A stretch of DNA of 57,785 bases, the filler included, from Bipalium vagum (lineage: Eukaryota), in the NCBI GenBank assembly GCA_037834085.1. It is 3 parts of 3 records of this genome, joined end to end, with 100 filler letters (N's around TTAATTAATTAA, not from the genome) between each part and the next. Parts side by side here need not be neighbours in the genome. Positions count along the whole stretch, not along the records: positions 1 to 19,472 come from JBBMKC010002468.1; 2 more parts are not named here. The stretch is one strand, 5' to 3'. The notes under the pieces were generated by a model. The model saw only the letters and a list, made by a program, of their open reading frames with translations. It was not told the origin of the DNA and did not search any database. Below are positions 1-12,920 of the stretch, one piece after another. Position 1 is the first letter of the stretch, and every line of letters starts with the position of its first letter. The position numbers and the translations under genes were made by a program.

Positions 1-662
1 GACAACAATGGTCATTATTTCTGTGATTAAAATAAATATTTTGATGTTAGAACTTTGAGTTTTATTTTTAATAAAAAAATGCAGAACTCATTCCACAACC
101 CAATACCTTTGTTCTCAAATCAATGGCCGTGTATTATAATATTTTTATATCACTCAACAAAAATTGTTCTATTTCGATATTTTAATTTTTTAAAATTATT
201 TAATAAAATATTTAAAATAATTATTATAATTTCATAATTTATTACAGAAATTTACCAATTTTTAATAACTAAAAATAGTTTTATCAGATTGAATGAGTTC
301 CAGTTTTAAATGTAAATATGATTTTAAAGATAAGAATTATTATTATTATTATTTATTCCAAATTTTCATATCACTACCAATTTTAGTGAAAATATTTTTT
401 ACTCATTGTACAAACATTACTTCTGACAGGAGTAAAAAATATTCATTGACAGAATTCAAAAATGTAAAAAGTAATTAGTATAAAAGTAATGTCACATTTC
501 TGAATGTTACTTCTCAATTGATAAAATTCATAGAACTAAAATTTAACATAATGATTAGGTTATTCATAAATTAATGTCGTCTTTTGTCATAGTCATTTAT
601 TAGACATTATTTTAACAATTTTAACTTTGTCTTAAAGCGCTCATTATAAATTATGTTAAATT

Positions 663-1109
663 ACAGTTGTGGCCATAATTCATCGGCCAGCCTGTAATTT
701 ACTCTTATTCCTGTACACTTTGGTTTCTTCTTCCAAATAAAACCGTCAATGCAACTGTTTATAAAGAGATTCCAGAAGAAAAGTTAAACCTTTTATTGCA
801 ATTAAAAATTGTGATTATTTCCAACATGATGGACTACCACCATGCTTGCATCAACAAGGCTTGGCTTATTAATAATAAGATAAATGTCTTAGGCCCATGA
901 TCAGGAAACTCTCCAGATTTATCGCTCATTGGGAACTGCTGGAAAATTCTAAAACAAAAAGTGTCACAACATAATTCTAAGTCATAATTAAGTTCAAATA
1001 ATTAAACTTATTTGGGTTAACGAGCTTACCATGAAAAAAATTAATTGATTCTATGCCGAACAAATTAGCTGCAGTACTTGAGGCAAAGGGTAAGCCCACT
1101 AAATATTAG
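663..1109 (+). mobile_element. Tc1-like transposon remnant (C-terminal transposase, frameshifted)
   Basis: TA|CAGT terminus at about 663. Broken translation gives FQHDG...GNSPDLSLIGNCWKILKQKV...LIDSMPNKLAAVLEAKGKPTKY*, typical of Tc1 DDE C-termini. Confidence 0.75.
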
Positions 1110-1289
1110 TCATATACGTAGTGCGCCCATTAAGTACTTAGAGTCGACAGGAAATAATTACTTTAAAAAAAAGCTATTGAAAGTGATTAATTCTAAAATA
1201 AATAGGTAATGAAAAAATATTTTTGTTTTTAGGATAATTGCACTATTTCAAATAAAGACAGACAATGTTTAATTTCGTAATGTATTCAA

Positions 1290-2125
1290 ACAAATAGACA
1301 AGAAATTATTAATCAACTACTGGATACTTACAAGAGTGAGTACCCTTGTAAAGGAACAATTTATAATTTGACTCGAGAATTCAAAAAGGGCCGAACTAGT
1401 TTTTTTTAATTCGGAGAACTCCAACAGATCTGTTGAAGTTGGAGATGAGAAGAAAGAAATCTTGCAGAAAATCATCATTACAGACCTTCATATTGCAACA
1501 AGAGACCTTACGCAATGTCTGAACTTCTCAAAAGATACGTTGCATTTGTTGCTGCATGAAATGGGCATTAGGAAATTGTACTCAAGATTTCTACCACGAT
1601 TTCTCACAGGTGATAGTAAACAGCGCTGACTAAAGGTTGATAGAAAAATTTGGAGATCTACAAAAAACTAGATGCTTTTCTCAATAACATAATCACAAAA
1701 GATGAGGCACCTTTGAGCTTGTATATACCGGAAAGTAAAAAGCGAATCTGCCAAATGGAAGATGCCAGAGGAGAAACCAACAATAAAAATGAAAACTGGC
1801 ACATTTCATAAATATTTCTGATGTTGACAATCTTTTGGGATATGACAGGTATTCTTAAAGTCGATTATGTTGCATCTGATGTCAAAATCAATTCAGAATA
1901 AAGGGGAATTCAGAAAAAAAGGGGAACTGCTGAAATGTGGCTCTTGCATGATAATGCATCAATCCACACATCCAATCTGACAAAAGCAACAATTGATTCA
2001 TGTGAATTATAGCTCGTTCTTCAACCACGATACAGTCTCAATCTTTCACCCAGTCACTTTCACTTCTTCCGGCAACTGAAGAAGGATTTGCGAGGAAAAT
2101 TATTTGATTGTGCCTTTGATTTGCA
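1290..2125 (+). mobile_element. mariner transposase pseudogene
   Basis: Translated segments RKLYSRFLPRFLT, FLNNIITKDE, MLTIFWD, LLHDNASIH and YSLNLSPSHFHFFRQLKKDLRGK, with stops and frameshifts. Confidence 0.8.
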
Positions 2126-2129
2126 GCAC

Positions 2130-2893
2130 TTTGGCACTTCGAAGAAGTATGGCCCAATGATACCTTGTGAACTTAAACCACAGCATACCGTTCTCCAGAT
2201 CCTGGAATTTCTAACAGGAATTGTTATTTTAGGGTTAGACTATTTAGAGAGTAGGGTTAACAACTCCATTGAGCATGAACTTACTCTCGTCTGACCATAT
2301 TATCTTGCTGACCAAGGAAGAGTCATTTTGGAATTGTACCAACATTGTCTGACAAAATTCCATTCTTCGGTCAAAGTCGTCATCGCTGATCTCAATTACG
2401 GTTGAGGGCTTAAATGAATGAAAGCCTGCTTTATTAATTGCCTTATAATAACTGCTTACAGTCATATCAAGTTCCCTAGCACTCTGCCAAACTGACAAAT
2501 TGCTAGATTCTTCAACCAATTTTTTCACTCTTTGAATTGTTTTCTTTGTTAATACGGAACGAGATCGGCCGGATTTTACTTGGTCATGAACACTTCCAGT
2601 CTTCTTAAGCTTTTCCACTATTTTTTTTAATTGTTTGCCTACTTGATGGTGGAGTGATAAACTTTTTTTTTCAATACCTAATTACTTCAAAATTATCAAA
2701 TTTGGAGTTCCATACAACAATTTTAATTCTTTCTTCCATCGAAAAACGCATTTAGTTATTTTAAAATTAACTAAATGGATTATTAAACTTTTAATCCATA
2801 TAAAAAAGTTAGTAATACCTTCATTTTTTAACTTGTAATTTAAAAATAAAGTATGTTAACAAAATAATAAATAAAGTATGTAAAAAAACCCTG
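2130..2893 (-). mobile_element. Tc1/mariner-superfamily transposon, 5' part (DUF4817/Tc3-like transposase)
   Basis: ORF 2244-2618 reads KTGSVHD...SGRSRS...IIWSDESKFMLNGVVN and continues to GIIGPYFFE. ATG near 2751. TA|CAGGG terminus at 2893. Confidence 0.8.
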
Positions 2894-2919
2894 TATATTT
2901 GTGTAAATTTAACCATGGA

Positions 2920-3370
2920 GTGTGCATAATAACCAGTGTTGCTCAATTCAATGGTTAGACCATGGTTAAACTTCACAACATATTTTAAAGCCAACTTTAC
3001 AACAAAAGAAGGTCATGACCACTGTCTGCCGCTGATTTCATTCATTACAGCTTTTTAAACTCAGTCAAAACCATTACCACGGAAGAATATTGTTATGAGA
3101 TCTACAGCATTAGTCACCATTAGTCACATCACAGAAATTGAACCAGTTCAGCTATCAATCCCTGCCTCATCCACCTAACTCTACAGCCATTTCGCCCACA
3201 GACTACCACTATAAACATTAGAAAAACTTCTTGAAATAAAAATGTTTCAAAAATCAGAATGATCCCAAGAAAGCCTTTAACGATTCCATCGATTTCTAAA
3301 TTACGGAATCACCAGCGCATGTCTTGTTGGCTCAAGTCTATTCAGTCAAATGGTTTTTATTTCGTTTAAT
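2920..3370 (+). mobile_element. highly decayed mariner remnant
   Basis: Fragments ITTEEYCYEI and AISPTDYH plus a mariner-like C-terminal tail. Confidence 0.5.
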
Positions 3371-4537
3371 TATGTTGTGTTTGTATTAAAATATATTCAT
3401 TCAAAGTTCAATGTTAAAAATTTAATTATTTTTTTGAACAGCATAACGATTGATAATACTTAATAAATGCAAGTATAGTAGTAATAATAAGAAATCAAAG
3501 GATACTTTGCAAAGAGCACATCCGTTATTTAAAGAAATAATAAACCATTCTTATCATTTTGATATTAAAATAACTGGATTGATTGAATTACTGAAAAATT
3601 GCGGAATTTAACCCTAAATGGAACACCAAGGTTTCTGACGCCCAATATGTTTATGCATTTTTTCCTTGCATCGGTTGGTGATGAATTTTCATGACTTTGT
3701 CAGAATTATGAAGCGCTTCATTTTTACACACATTTTTAAATAGTATATCTGACAATTTTTTAGTATATAAAATAGTGTGCATTACCTCCTAATAATTCTG
3801 AGGCTCAAACATGATATGTTAAATTAAATTTAAAATTAATTTTTAATCAAATTAGTTTATTTAACTTAAGTATTTGTTATAATAATTCATGAAATAAATT
3901 AAGAATCACGCTTGGATCTGTTGAGAGATTAACTTCAAGCAGGTAACGAGTAAGGGTTTTATATTTATCTATATATTCTTCTATCGATATAATCATTATT
4001 TGAGAGGATCGTTTTGTAGGAGAGATTTAACAGTTTATTTTAAGATTAAAGTAATTGCATTTTATTTAGTGGAATATATCGAACATTAGTGGACATTACG
4101 ATACTATGTTGACCTACGACTACTTACGTCCGTTTTATTTAAATAGTAGGTAAGGTAGGAACAAAGCATTTTTTGGAAGGAGTCAAACTTTGTGCAGCTT
4201 AGACATAACACAAATACCCATGAAGTACCACGAGTTTAGAAAAATAATAAGTTAATTCTTTAATGGTGTAACATTAAGCTTAGAGTAATAAAAGTAACAA
4301 CAACAATTTTCAAAGATTGTGATAAGAATCGATGTTAAAACCATTACTATGGTGCTTTGGTTCGGATGTATATAACCACAATTACAAATAATATTATTAT
4401 CAATCATTTTTATTATACTAATTATGACGAACTTAAGTGGATTGTGCCATTACTTATATTTGTTTCAAGCAGTTGTTGAAAACTGTTTCAGATGTATTTA
4501 ATAGCGTAGCACTTAAACAGTTAAATAGTTAAATTTA

Positions 4538-4985
4538 ATGAAAACAATGAAAAAGACACACGACTCGGAAAACAGAGATCCAAAAAATATTAGTCTTTAC
4601 ATTGAAGTAAAAGTTACTATCGAGATTCATTGATCAAATTTATTTCCAGACCGGATGGGATGACAACATTGCCGAACCACGCGAAATTCGATCCTGTGAC
4701 TGCTTATGGTCCTGCTCATTCAAGTGCTTCAAGTACAGTCGAAATTGTTGTTACAACTTTCTCAGCGGTTTGTTGGGTCTATGTCTTGGTCTTTATTGGG
4801 GTTGTATTTACGGATGCATAGCCTTTTGCCACATTTGGTGCTGCAACCCAATGATACACGTTTGCGTTCTTCATTTTAGATTATATAAGAGGTATTACCA
4901 AGCATACTATGATTGCGTTTTCGGGTCATGTACCGAATCATGCGGACTTTGTGGAGGCCATTTCAAGATAAGCATGAACAAATAA
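4538..4985 (+). CDS. CAV: caveolin (paralogue A), 134 aa, join(4538..4606,4650..4985)
   Basis: Spliced translation MKTMKKTHDSENRDPKNISLYIE|TGWDDNIAEPREIRSCDCLWSCSFKCF...GLYWGCIYGCIAFCHIWCCNP.... Contains NRDPK, a signature-like WDDNIAEP, scaffolding and intramembrane segments. 43-bp GT-AG phase-0 intron at 4607-4649. The start could instead be the ATG at 4547. Confidence 0.9.
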
Positions 4986-7900
4986 TAAGACTACTGTTGA
5001 GTTACAGTTTTAGAAACTATGTTCTGTATACTTTAATTTTAAATTTAATAAAGTTTAGTTTCTTTTATTTGTTATAAAGTTTATTTTCGAATTATTTTTC
5101 ATTTATTATTTCTTCTTACCGTTCGACAAGATACAAGATTCACACCCGCATTAATTCTAGCAGAACTCATTTTTCAATTTTCTTTTATAATATTCCTTCT
5201 TTTTGCTCATCTTTTTGTGATGACACCCTTTTACGTCCAAATCTTCCAGCTCTGATCTGCCTCAAATCCATTCCATATTTCAATTTCTGTGATTTGAAAC
5301 TCATGGTGGCCTGTGTATAATCTGTATTTCCCAATATAGTCATAATTTTTAATGGTATCACTTCAATAATATCCATTTTGATTTATTGATTTTTTTAAAA
5401 CAATGATTTTTAAAAAAATGTTTATTGTATACTTTCTTACCTTGATTCAATTAATATGAACAGATACAATAGTTATTTTATCAACAATATTTTTTGGTAA
5501 GAATATAACTGATCTTTTGTAAAAGGATCCATTTTTAAGTAGAAATAAAATTAATTAACGATTATAACTAAAATAAAATATTTTAAAAATATAAAGTTAC
5601 GAGAAAATGTGTAGATATCTTCAAAAAATAATTATTTTTTTTGATAATAATTGATATAAGGTTTTTATATGGACTTTCGTAATTGAGAAATATTTTTTAT
5701 TCACTTTTGTTGATTGGAGAAGTAATAATCTTTCAACCTGAACTTCCTTTAAAACCATTCGACTTAATAATGAAAAAAAAAACACCCTTTTAATTGTAAT
5801 CTTTTAATTTTATTATTATCCAATAAATTTCATGCCAAATATTTAAAATTGTGCACATGTCATTAAATATTTGTAATTGGTTTCTATTTTTCATAAATAA
5901 ATAAAAATCATATATCTATAACTTAATATTTATATAAATTATATATTTCACGGATTTTTGCGTTTAATTTAATTTTCACGTAACTTATTTTTCAAAATTT
6001 ATTCGTTACAGAAATTAAATTAATGAAAATAAAAACATTAAGATTTAATTATGAAATTTAGATCTTCAATACATATGGCAGCTCATATTACATTTAATTA
6101 GTAATAGTATTATATGATAATTAATGAACGCAAATCTACTGCAATTATAGACAGTGCAGACATATATGTTTAATTTTTAAAGACAAGTTAATAATACTCA
6201 TGAAAGGGTTCGATGTGACACTTTAATTAGGGTTGTTATCTGTTGAATTTTTTTTCTCTAAAAATAGTTATGGAGTACCTTGAGAAAATTGGACAGATTT
6301 AATACATAATTTAAACAAAAAATAAATCAATTTTGATGATAATAATTAAGTAGAAATATTTTCTAATTTAACAAGTATTTTTAAGACATTTATTTTTGTT
6401 TTAATGATGAAAAATCTGAAGGATATTTATAGAATTTTTGGCTTACTAAAAATATTTTAACAATTTATTTTTAATTTTTTTGACTAGAAAGCTGAAACTG
6501 ATATTCTTTACTCACTTTAGGTGATAAATGAAACCTTAAAAGTATGTCATCAGATTTATTAATTATAATATTAAGTTGTTCAAAAAATAATGTCGTTTTT
6601 TAATATAGAACTTTGAAAGCATATATTTTTATAAAAAAAACACATAGCTAATCAAAATAAGATCCATTTGAATCAATACACTTTCGCGAACAAGTCAAAA
6701 GTTTATTTATGTCATTTGCAAAAAAGTCCTTATCTCTGGTAGGTAGTACTTACAAAGAGAGGAAGGATTAAGGATTTCCCTTTAGATAAAACTGAAGTAA
6801 ACCTTATTTATCATGAATATTTAGTTTTATCGCAGTGCAAACCGATAAACATTGGATATCAAATTAGCATTTTGTAAAATGTCAAAGCCTTATAGTCACC
6901 TATTTCATAGATTAATTTAAATCCAACTGATCTAAAACAACAAAACTACAAAATGTGTAGGGATTTTCTCAGAACTCAGCTAAAAAAAAGAACAGCGGTT
7001 AAAAAAAAGCAGCATTTATTTTAAGATACTCTTCTTTTGTCGTTCTTTTTGTACTGTTTTTAATATTCTTGATTTTTAAACTGTTTTCTTTCTCATTATC
7101 TTTTGTCTTCTTGTGTCCTCATTTTATTTTTCCTGTCATTGTTCATTTCCGCTGGTAGCGCTTAAAACTAAAAGAACAAGACAAAATATACTTACCTTTC
7201 TTACCTATTTTCATCTGCGTTGGTCTTATTTAAAAATACCCCAAGAAAAATTAAACAAGAAAACACAGACAAACTTAACTGAGTCTAGAGGGTGTATTCT
7301 CTCTCCCCCCGCATATCACCTATTCGTTTATTACGAGATAGAAACCCTATGCCTTACGTCGAAACAATAAAGAAAATATATCACAGGTATAACTATAAAA
7401 GACCGTAAAGTTGTTCATCGGAATTTACAAAGGTGTCGGAAAATATGTAGGGCTCTCAGAAGATACTACCTCAGAAAAATTTATATGAAAGTACCCTTCA
7501 CCATGATTTTATACAATACTACCTTTCACCATAAAATAATCTTTTTAACACCTTATAAGATAAAATATTTAAAGAAATATAACACACTGGTTCCTAATCC
7601 TTATTTTCTTTTTGCCATCATACTATTGAGCCTTAGTATTTCAGGCTACCCAGGCGATAAGTGTTAGAGATAAAGAACATTCCTTAGCAAATTATATCAT
7701 CCAATATGTTGTGAGCAGCGGATATTAGATTATTTCCTCAACTTTGGTCCGTTCATTAGATCCTTATATATCATTTTTGTTCTCGTCCCGTGAGCCTTGG
7801 GATGTCAAACTACTCATGACATATATTGATCTCGGTATAAAATTATCCCGAGCCTTGATAATTTTAAGTCTATAAATTATTTAGATATTTACAACTTAAC

Positions 7901-8224
7901 TATAACTAATATAAAAAATAAAAACTTTAGAATTTAATAAGGTTATTTAATAGTAGAATTTTTACATTAAAAAAGACTAAAGATATTAAAAGGGTTATTT
8001 ATGATTTTAATAGTAAAATTTTTAGTTATTTATTAGTTATTAATAGGTTAAATTTAAAAAAGAAAAGATATTTATGAAACTATTTAAAGTAATAAGAAAC
8101 TTTAGTTTTAAATTTTAAGAGCAATTGGGTATATTTAATGATTATTTATATAATAATGATAATATTACTTAATATAGTACATATTGAGATACTAAAGATA
8201 AAAAATACTATTAAATAGTCAAGT

Positions 8225-10340
8225 CATCCCCCTTATCCTACATGTTGTAGGTTATCATATCGGTTGATAACCTATGAATGTCCGTCTCCTTGAAGCCCGG
8301 TCGACGGAGTACATTATCATTCTCTGGATCCCAGGAGCCGAGGCACCCGAGATTAATCGTCCAGATATCGATTTTGTTGCGGGTTGCAAGTGCCATTTGT
8401 TGAGGGAGTTCCTTATATTTCTTCTGGTTTTTCTTTCTACCTTCAGAAAAGTTCGAGCATTCGTCATATGGCACTTTTAGGTCGATGAGACTAATAACTC
8501 TCTTGTCCTTGGATCTGAAAATTAAGTCTGGTCGTAGCGTTGTTTGCACCTCGTGTGGAAATACATCCATATCTACGTCCAATCCAGAGTTCTTTAGAAA
8601 GTTAAAGAAAAGCGTTAACACGTGATTGTGTTTCGCTGTTGGTTGGTTTGGCCGGGCGGGGCAATGAATTAGCACATGGGCTTGTGTTTCCACTGTAATT
8701 TTGCAGAGCCTACAGTAGAGATATCTCTTCCTTTCACTATGTGAAAGGGCAATATTTTAATGCTAAATTATATCTCCGGGATTTAATCAAGAAGAACCAA
8801 TGCGCTGCAGGCAGTGTATTGTTCATCAAGATTTTATTGGATCGAACACTCATTGAGGAGCAACCCAAAACTCGACCTTGGGCCACGTGACTCATCCACC
8901 TGTTGAAGTAGTGAATACCCAGTCCTTGGTGAAGAGTCATTGTGGTCTCATCTTTATTCTTGTTTCCGAAAAAGTAACTCATCGACTCACCGCTAGTCAA
9001 CTTCATTGTTATTTTTAGCTTTATCTCCTCCTCAAAAATAAAGAACTCACATTCCATACTTCTGGATCGGAGAGCTCTCACAGAAACTTGTACCTTGGTC
9101 CACCATGTGCTTTGGGCATTGAGATCACTTTTGATATTATCGCTTAGCCATTTCAATGCCAAATCTAGATCGACCGAAGTTTCTATACGAAACTTTTTCC
9201 TCACATTGTGTAGCAAGGATCGGGTCAAGAGTGACAAGTCATTGCTTGTCAGAAATCCACCACTCTATTTCTAAAGTTGAATGGAAGCCTAGAAAGCAAG
9301 AATATTTTAAAATATTCTATTTTCTGGGCCGGATAAAAGTGTCATTTGAACACCCGCTGGAAATTGCCCAAAATTCCGTTAAGAATTTTGTCCATTCCCA
9401 TTCTTTTACCCTGATCTTGAGGCACTCAAAGGTAAAAGTATTGGTTGGAGTCATACACTATTGGAACTGGCTCCCCATATATTTTAATTCCAGTCCCAGG
9501 ATTGGGATCTGTGTTAAAATATCCACATTTCTGTAGCCGGAATTTAATGTCCACTTTATTCAAGGCATTGCTCACCTCGTCCAATATTAATTGGAGTTCA
9601 TTGGTTGATCTAACAAAGAATACAAGATCATCAGCATATGCCAACCCTGGGATTTTTAAAAAAATACCAACCTCTATCGCCCTCCCTCCAAGTTATTCCA
9701 TATTCTTATCTGCTTCCGTGACTACCATTTCTAGTAAGGGAGCAGTAAAAGAAAATGGCTTGCTAGAGGGTGCATCCTGATGAGATTCTAAATGATGAAA
9801 AAACACATCTCTCTTTAGGATCATCCCACATAGGCACTGATGCATAGTATTAGCCTTGGGCTTGATTTGATGAAGGTTAATCATGTGTTTATCATGATTA
9901 AGGCTCTTTCTCGCCCGGACTTGATACTCCTTAGTATATTTTGCGCATCGTAACTTAAGTTTTGATATCGCTTTAGCAACGACGTCATTCTCACCTCCCC
10001 CGGCGAAGAATTCTAAGAATCCATAGTCCACCCCATGGTAGGAGCTTGACAGTCCGTCAAATATCAAGTCAAAAGATCTCTCGATCTCCTCCTCAAAAAT
10101 TTCGGAAAGGTTGCTGTCGGATAGGTCCATTGAATCTTTGACATGATTCTCCGGATTCTCATGTCCTTTAGTCGTCCACCTTTTTAAACTTCCAGTATTT
10201 TGGTCATTGACCACTCCGCTGATGTCAGATGATCTTTTCGTCCCTTTTACAGGACTTCCGAATTTACCAAATTCAGAAACCCCATCGGTATCGGAGTTAT
10301 TTGTCCTCTCTTTACAGAACTCTCAAATGTTTTGTCTCCC
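8225..10340 (-). mobile_element. RLE-type (R2 group, NeSL/R5-like) non-LTR retrotransposon, internally deleted
   Basis: N-terminal C2H2-like finger (CLCG...HHLESH), RT motif AYADDL, zinc knuckle CRLC...ETQAHVLIHC, and PD-(D/E)xK endonuclease LRPDLIF...IDLKVPYD...KKY. Several frameshifts; most of the RT is missing. Confidence 0.85.
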
Positions 10341-10879
10341 TAGGTGTTATAGTGTGATGATAACCCATCAAAATAATAAAAATATATTTAATTATGTTTT
10401 TATTTAAATTATTAGAATTTATTTCTCTTATAGAGTCGGTTAGTGGATGCTCACTAGCTGTAGGTCTCTTCTTATTACCATTATTATCTACACTTGTATT
10501 TTGAATAATTCTATCGTTATTATTGTTATTATTATTATTATTATTACATTTAGGTTGTATCTAATTGATTTAAATATTGGATAAAAAAAGTGATACTTTG
10601 ATTGAATATATTATATTCGTTGCCACTGTAAATTCAACATTTTTCATTTGTTCATTCAAATTTTATGAAATAAAAAGATTGCAGATTAATAAAAGAATAG
10701 TGATGACATTTTATTTAATTATAATTATCGTACACTTATTTTCCCATTTATACGATTATTATACAATTATTTCACACGTTTTATTAATAGTTCAAGCATT
10801 GTTCTTCTAATAAAATGTTCTTAAAAACACATGAAATAAATAAATACATGAAATAAGTCCATTTCTGAATTAGGTTAAA

Positions 10880-11060
10880 AAATCCTTAGTATTTTTTCCA
10901 TGGCCAGAAGAGATTTTCAATCGGGTTAAAAATGGACTATAAGCAGTTAGAAAGCTAGTTCATGCGAAGTGTTTTCAACAATACTTCTTATTTCACTACA
11001 TTTGTGAAATGATTCATTAACCAATATGATAACGGTTTTTCCCATTTCATTTTCTTCTAT
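10880..11060 (-). mobile_element. IS630/Tc1-like transposase fragment
   Basis: FLTAYSPFL / NPIENLFWPWKK across a frameshift. Confidence 0.5.
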
Positions 11061-11279
11061 CTTCTCAGTTATTATTATTATTATTCTCATATTTAGATTT
11101 ATTTTTAAAATTTTGTTTTAGTGCATTTTTTTGGACTTCATTTTGGAATTTTTTATATCAACTTGTCGAAATTGTGTGATAATAATGATAGTGATAAAAA
11201 ATTTAAAAAATCATAATATATTTATTAATGTATAGTAATATTATGAAAAAATTACATTATATGTCAATTTTTTAGAAAA

Positions 11280-11721
11280 TTATTTAATTATGGTAACTTT
11301 AAAATTTCCACCACACAATCCACAAACTTCGCAATAAGGTCCCAGCCAACATTCACAAATCGATTGTCCAAGTTTTTGATATAAGCCAAAATGGAGAGTC
11401 CATAATTTAATGAAAGGACTCAAGCACCAGACATGAAAAAATGCAATATATCCATATATACATCCCCAGTAGAATCCAATACATATCCCCATACATCCGG
11501 TGAGACATTTGTAACTAAAATTTCGTCCGATTTTAAAACAATTGAATGAAAGAATCCAAACAGAATCCGCAGATCTAACCCCATCTGGCTCACCAATGTT
11601 ATCTTCCCATATTGCCTTAAGGTTTTATTATCAAATATGACAATTCAATATCTAGACGAACTTTAATGTGAGAATTAATGTCTTTAGGATCTCTGTTTTC
11701 AAGGTCTACAACGTCAAACAT
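11280..11721 (-). CDS. CAV: caveolin (paralogue B), 131 aa, complement(join(11280..11615,11662..11721))
   Basis: Spliced translation MFDVVDLENRDPKDINSHIK|AIWEDNIGEPDGVRSADSVWILSFNCF...GFYWGCIYGYIAFFHVWCLSP.... 46-bp GT-AG phase-0 intron at 11616-11661. Exon 2 is 336 nt, the same as in paralogue A. Confidence 0.92.
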
Positions 11722-12389
11722 TTCACTTATTCTCTAAATAAAATAAGAATTAGAACAAGTCTTATAATAGGCATAATATATGAACTTATCGGTTTCATAT
11801 ATCAGGCATAAATTAAACGTGTTATACAACGAGATAAATTATGCAATAATTAATTATTTAATATTCTAAAAAGAATAATTTTCGAACAATAAAAAAATCT
11901 CATAATATTGGTAAGAGATGAGATGGTGTACATGTAAGGGGAGATGGTCATTCTTATAGAAGTAACTTAGATAAAATGATAAAGGTTTATTTAATAAATA
12001 TTTTTAATTTACATTTTTATTATTAATTCTTCATTTCGTCCAATTTTAAAGCATTTCTTTTCTTTATGATTGCATTTCCTTTAATCCTTATGAGCTTTGA
12101 CTAAGAGACAAAGTCATAAAATTGTAATTAATTCAAACAAGAATATGCAAAAACCAACAGAATATAAAACTCAAGTATTATGTATATATAAGTATTAAAC
12201 TAAAAAATTCAGTAGTTAGAAAACTATGATGTTGCTGAATTGGAAATGTTTTTAACATTAATTCTGTTTCTTTGTTTATAATATCTTGACTATTGTTTTA
12301 ATATTCATTTTGAAGCGCAATGTCTGGCAAATATTTTGTTACAGAATATCAATATTTAATTGATTTTTAAAATGTAATAAACATTTTAG

Positions 12390-12920
12390 ATATGATTGAG
12401 CAAAATACCGTATACGAATGTCTTCTGTATAACTATAAGCAAGAAAAATTTTACAGAAATCCCACGGCATCCTATGTCAAGTATTCAGTAAGTATATCCC
12501 AACTTTAAGTTAATGTTGGAGAACTGATAGAAATGTTACCGATAATGCAATGAAAGCCTTGAAGACATGGAACATGGAAAACGTCGGAAAGTCATGGATA
12601 ATGAGAATTTAAAGCCAGCCATTGAGTTATTAAAACTGATAGTCAACTGGTGAAGAGATTTGATTGTTATTATTCAGCAATACATTTCAGGCACATTTAA
12701 CTGGAGAACCATAATATGTGCGGAAATATGGGTTCCGCATTATTTCATCAGTACAAACAGGACTGCAACAGTCTCTATGACAAGAGTTAATCTCCACAGT
12801 ACCAAGACAGTTTTTTTCTAATAAACGTTACATCACATGAAAAAGAATCTCATATAATAACACAACCAAAAAGAAGCAAAGGTTGAGTTCAACTGGATCA
12901 TCGTAAATAACGTTGAAGTC
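12390..12920 (+). mobile_element. decayed mariner remnant (5' half)
   Basis: WVPH motif (tgggttccgcat at about 12729), HTH-region fragments and many stops. Confidence 0.55.

Noticed and set aside
3810-4273. Possible solo LTR ending TGTAACA upstream of caveolin A
   Set aside because: No matching 5' terminus with a TSD was found.
4630-4821. 63-aa ORF overlapping caveolin A
   Set aside because: Alternative frame of caveolin exon 2; the spliced frame explains the region.
5185-5376. 63-aa ORF with GM..RQI resembling a calponin repeat
   Set aside because: The core LQMGTNKGASQ motif is absent and there is no supporting exon structure.
7000-7555. Possible LTR plus gag start on the minus strand
   Set aside because: No diagnostic protein motif or TSD.
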